Assembly: GCA_036918135.1 (NCBI GenBank)
Contig: JBALDB010000017.1
Location: 1-64,000, forward strand
From: Nostoc sp.
GTDB taxonomy: Bacteria; Cyanobacteriota; Cyanobacteriia; Cyanobacteriales; Nostocaceae
Direction of reading: 5' to 3'
Length of the DNA: 64,000 bases
The notes under the pieces were generated by a model. It was not told where the DNA came from. It saw nothing but the letters and a program-made list of their open reading frames with translations, and made no database searches. Below are positions 61,872 through 64,000 of this stretch, piece by piece. A program made the translations under genes and the position numbers. Positions within the stretch are counted from its first letter, which is position 1. The number at the start of each line of letters is the position of its first letter.

Positions 61872-64000
61872 ATGTCTCCAAATCGAAGCAGTTGGTACTG
61901 GGAGTTAGGGATAGTGAGTAGTTTAGTAATTACTGGAGTACTCACTTACTCTCAAAATTTTGCCTTAGCGCAAATACAACAAGATGCCACGCTTGGATCT
62001 GAAAGTTCAATTATTACACCAAAGTTAATTGATGGTCGCTCCATAGACCAGATTGACGGTGGGGCAGTTCGTGGTAAAAACTTGTTCCACAGCTTTGAAA
62101 AGTTTTCAGTCTCTACAGGAAGTACAGCCCACTTTAACAATGCAATAGATATTCAGAATATTATTAGTCGCGTGACAGGTAACTCTATTTCTAATATAGA
62201 TGGCATTGTGAAAGCTAACGGCACAGCTAACGTGTTTCTAATTAATCCTAACGGCATTGTTTTTGGACCGAAAGCTTCTTTAAACATCGGTGGTTCATTT
62301 GTGGCTAGTACAGCGAATAGTTTGAACTTTGCTGATGGTACAAAGTTTAGTGTCACAAATTCTCAGACTACACCCCTACTGAAAGAAAGTATTCCTATTG
62401 GCTTACAATTCGGAACAACAGCCAGACCTATCCGCAATCAATCTCAAGCAAGACCAGATGGTGCAGTTAATAGCTTAAGACAAAGTGTTGGTCTGCAGGT
62501 GCAGCAAGGAAAAACCTTGGCACTGATAGGTGGTGATATAACGTTAGAGGGCGGAAATATCACAGCAAAGCAGGGAAGAATTGAGTTAGGAAGCGTTGCT
62601 GGCAATAGTTTCGTCAGTTTAAGTGCGACAAATCAAGGTTGGGCTTTCGGATATCAAGGTGTGCAAAATTTTCAGAACATTAAATTAATGCAGGAAACTG
62701 GGATGCCATCTGTTGTAGATGCTTATGGAGAGGGTGGCGGTAATATTCAATTACAAAGCAAGCATCTGCTGATAACTGGCGGTTCACTAGTTGTAGCTAA
62801 TACCTTTGGAGGAGAAGTCGAAGGTAATTTGACAGTGAATGCTTCAGAGTCTGTAGAACTTGAACAAATTGCAGTCTTATTTAATGGAACTTACTCCGGC
62901 GGAAACTTTGGAGACATAAATATTACTACTAAAAAATTGGTAGTTAGAGATGGAGCGCAATTGGCGGGACAATTGATGATAAACGCTTCAGATTCCGTAG
63001 AGCTTATCGGCGGCGCCTATGTTTCCTTACCAGATGGTAGTGATTTAATACCGAGTGGATTATTTAGTGCAACTTATGGCGATAAAAATGCTGGCAACAT
63101 TACAATTAACACTGGAAAATTGCGTATTGAAGGAGGGGCAAGAATATCAACAAGTTCTGAGGGAGTGCTTCGGTTTCCTTCTTATCAACTTACACCAGCT
63201 ACAGGAAAAGGCGGAAACTTGACAGTAAATGCCTCTGAGTTTACAGAACTAATTGGAACGTCACCCAATGGTTCTAAGGTCAGCGGCTTGTTTTCTGGGA
63301 CTGAAGGACCTGGAGATGGAGGAAACTTGACCGTAACGACAGGGCAATTAATTGTCAAAGATGGGGCTGCAATAACTCTCAACAGCCAAGCTCGAAAGAA
63401 TGTAATGTATGTGGGAGATCCGAATAATCTAGGGAAAGCTGGCGATTTAAATATAAGTGCTGATTCCGTACTTTTGGACAATAATGGAAAACTCACATCT
63501 AATAGCGAATCGGGTAAAGGTGGTAACATTAGGCTACAGGTGCGGGACTTATTATTGATGCGCCGCAACAGTCAAATATCCACTAATGCTGGGGGTGACA
63601 AAACTGGTGGTAACATCACTATCTCTGCACCTAATGGTTTTCTTGTCACCCCTATTTTTGGAAATAGCGATATCACCGCCAATGCCTTCTCTGGTTCTGG
63701 TGGCAAAATTACAATCACCACTAAAAATATTTTTGGATTTGTACCCCGCACCCGTGCAGACGTGAAGAAGTTAGATTCACGACAAATAGATCCGAATAAT
63801 CTGCCAACAAGTGACATCACAGCATTTTCTCAGCAAAACTCTTCATTAAGTGGCACAGTACAAATTAACTCACCAGATGTCGATCCTAGTAAAGGATTGG
63901 TGCAATTATCGGTAAATCTAGTTGATGCTTCTGAGCAAATTGTTGCTGGTTGTGGTTCTCGTATAAAAATGGCTAAGAGTACATTTACTAACACTGGGCG
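61872..64000 (+). CDS. Filamentous haemagglutinin N-terminal domain (TpsA-like) exoprotein, truncated by the window end
   Basis: ATG 61872: MSPNRSSWYWELG...FALA-QIQQDATLG...GGAVRGKNLFHSFEKF...IISRVTG...FLINPNGIVFG; beta-helix-type repeats; absent from the ORF track, presumably because no stop is reached in the window. Confidence 0.92.
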   Translation, partial: MSPNRSSWYWELGIVSSLVITGVLTYSQNFALAQIQQDATLGSESSIITPKLIDGRSIDQIDGGAVRGKNLFHSFEKFSVSTGSTAHFNNAIDIQNIISRVTGNSISNIDGIVKANGTANVFLINPNGIVFGPKASLNIGGSFVASTANSLNFADGTKFSVTNSQTTPLLKESIPIGLQFGTTARPIRNQSQARPDGAVNSLRQSVGLQVQQGKTLALIGGDITLEGGNITAKQGRIELGSVAGNSFVSLSATNQGWAFGYQGVQNFQNIKLMQETGMPSVVDAYGEGGGNIQLQSKHLLITGGSLVVANTFGGEVEGNLTVNASESVELEQIAVLFNGTYSGGNFGDINITTKKLVVRDGAQLAGQLMINASDSVELIGGAYVSLPDGSDLIPSGLFSATYGDKNAGNITINTGKLRIEGGARISTSSEGVLRFPSYQLTPATGKGGNLTVNASEFTELIGTSPNGSKVSGLFSGTEGPGDGGNLTVTTGQLIVKDGAAITLNSQARKNVMYVGDPNNLGKAGDLNISADSVLLDNNGKLTSNSESGKGGNIRLQVRDLLLMRRNSQISTNAGGDKTGGNITISAPNGFLVTPIFGNSDITANAFSGSGGKITITTKNIFGFVPRTRADVKKLDSRQIDPNNLPTSDITAFSQQNSSLSGTVQINSPDVDPSKGLVQLSVNLVDASEQIVAGCGSRIKMAKSTFTNTG

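Noticed and set aside
61952..63820. Minus-strand ORFs over the FHA gene (and similar shadow ORFs over receptors, smc, kinases and helicase)
   Set aside because: Antisense shadows of well-supported genes.

Overview
Chromosomal window from a filamentous, Nostocales-like cyanobacterium, judged from frequent HIP1 (GCGATCGC), STRR heptamer tracts, pipX, psaK and ado/aar. Left third: DMT transporter, a Fur-box-preceded AraC plus two tandem AMIN/TonB-dependent receptors, several PAS/GAF histidine kinases, an esterase plus MprF-like aminoacyl-lipid synthase pair, an uncharacterised gene with a LexA box in its promoter, and DUF485-actP. Middle and right: housekeeping genes (rnd-like, smc, HelY-like helicase, pipX-pipY-sepF-proC, pabB-like, ecfT, der, psaK, trpF, folE, accA, aar, ado). 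The window ends in a filamentous-haemagglutinin (TpsA-like) gene running off the edge. Most notable: (1) two small genes before the FHA gene share an almost identical C-terminal Cys-rich cassette (WCVPCPxxGSPxGCNC) on different leaders, one cytoplasmic with an AGG motif and one derived from an FHA signal peptide/N-terminus, suggesting an undescribed secreted or modified peptide system; (2) an orphan single-spacer CRISPR array with a full leader and no cas genes in the window; (3) a consensus promoter with a perfect LexA palindrome driving a 463-aa protein of unknown function; (4) many small mobile repeats, several in frame inside smc, pabB and kinases. All calls come from reading the sequence; no searches were run.
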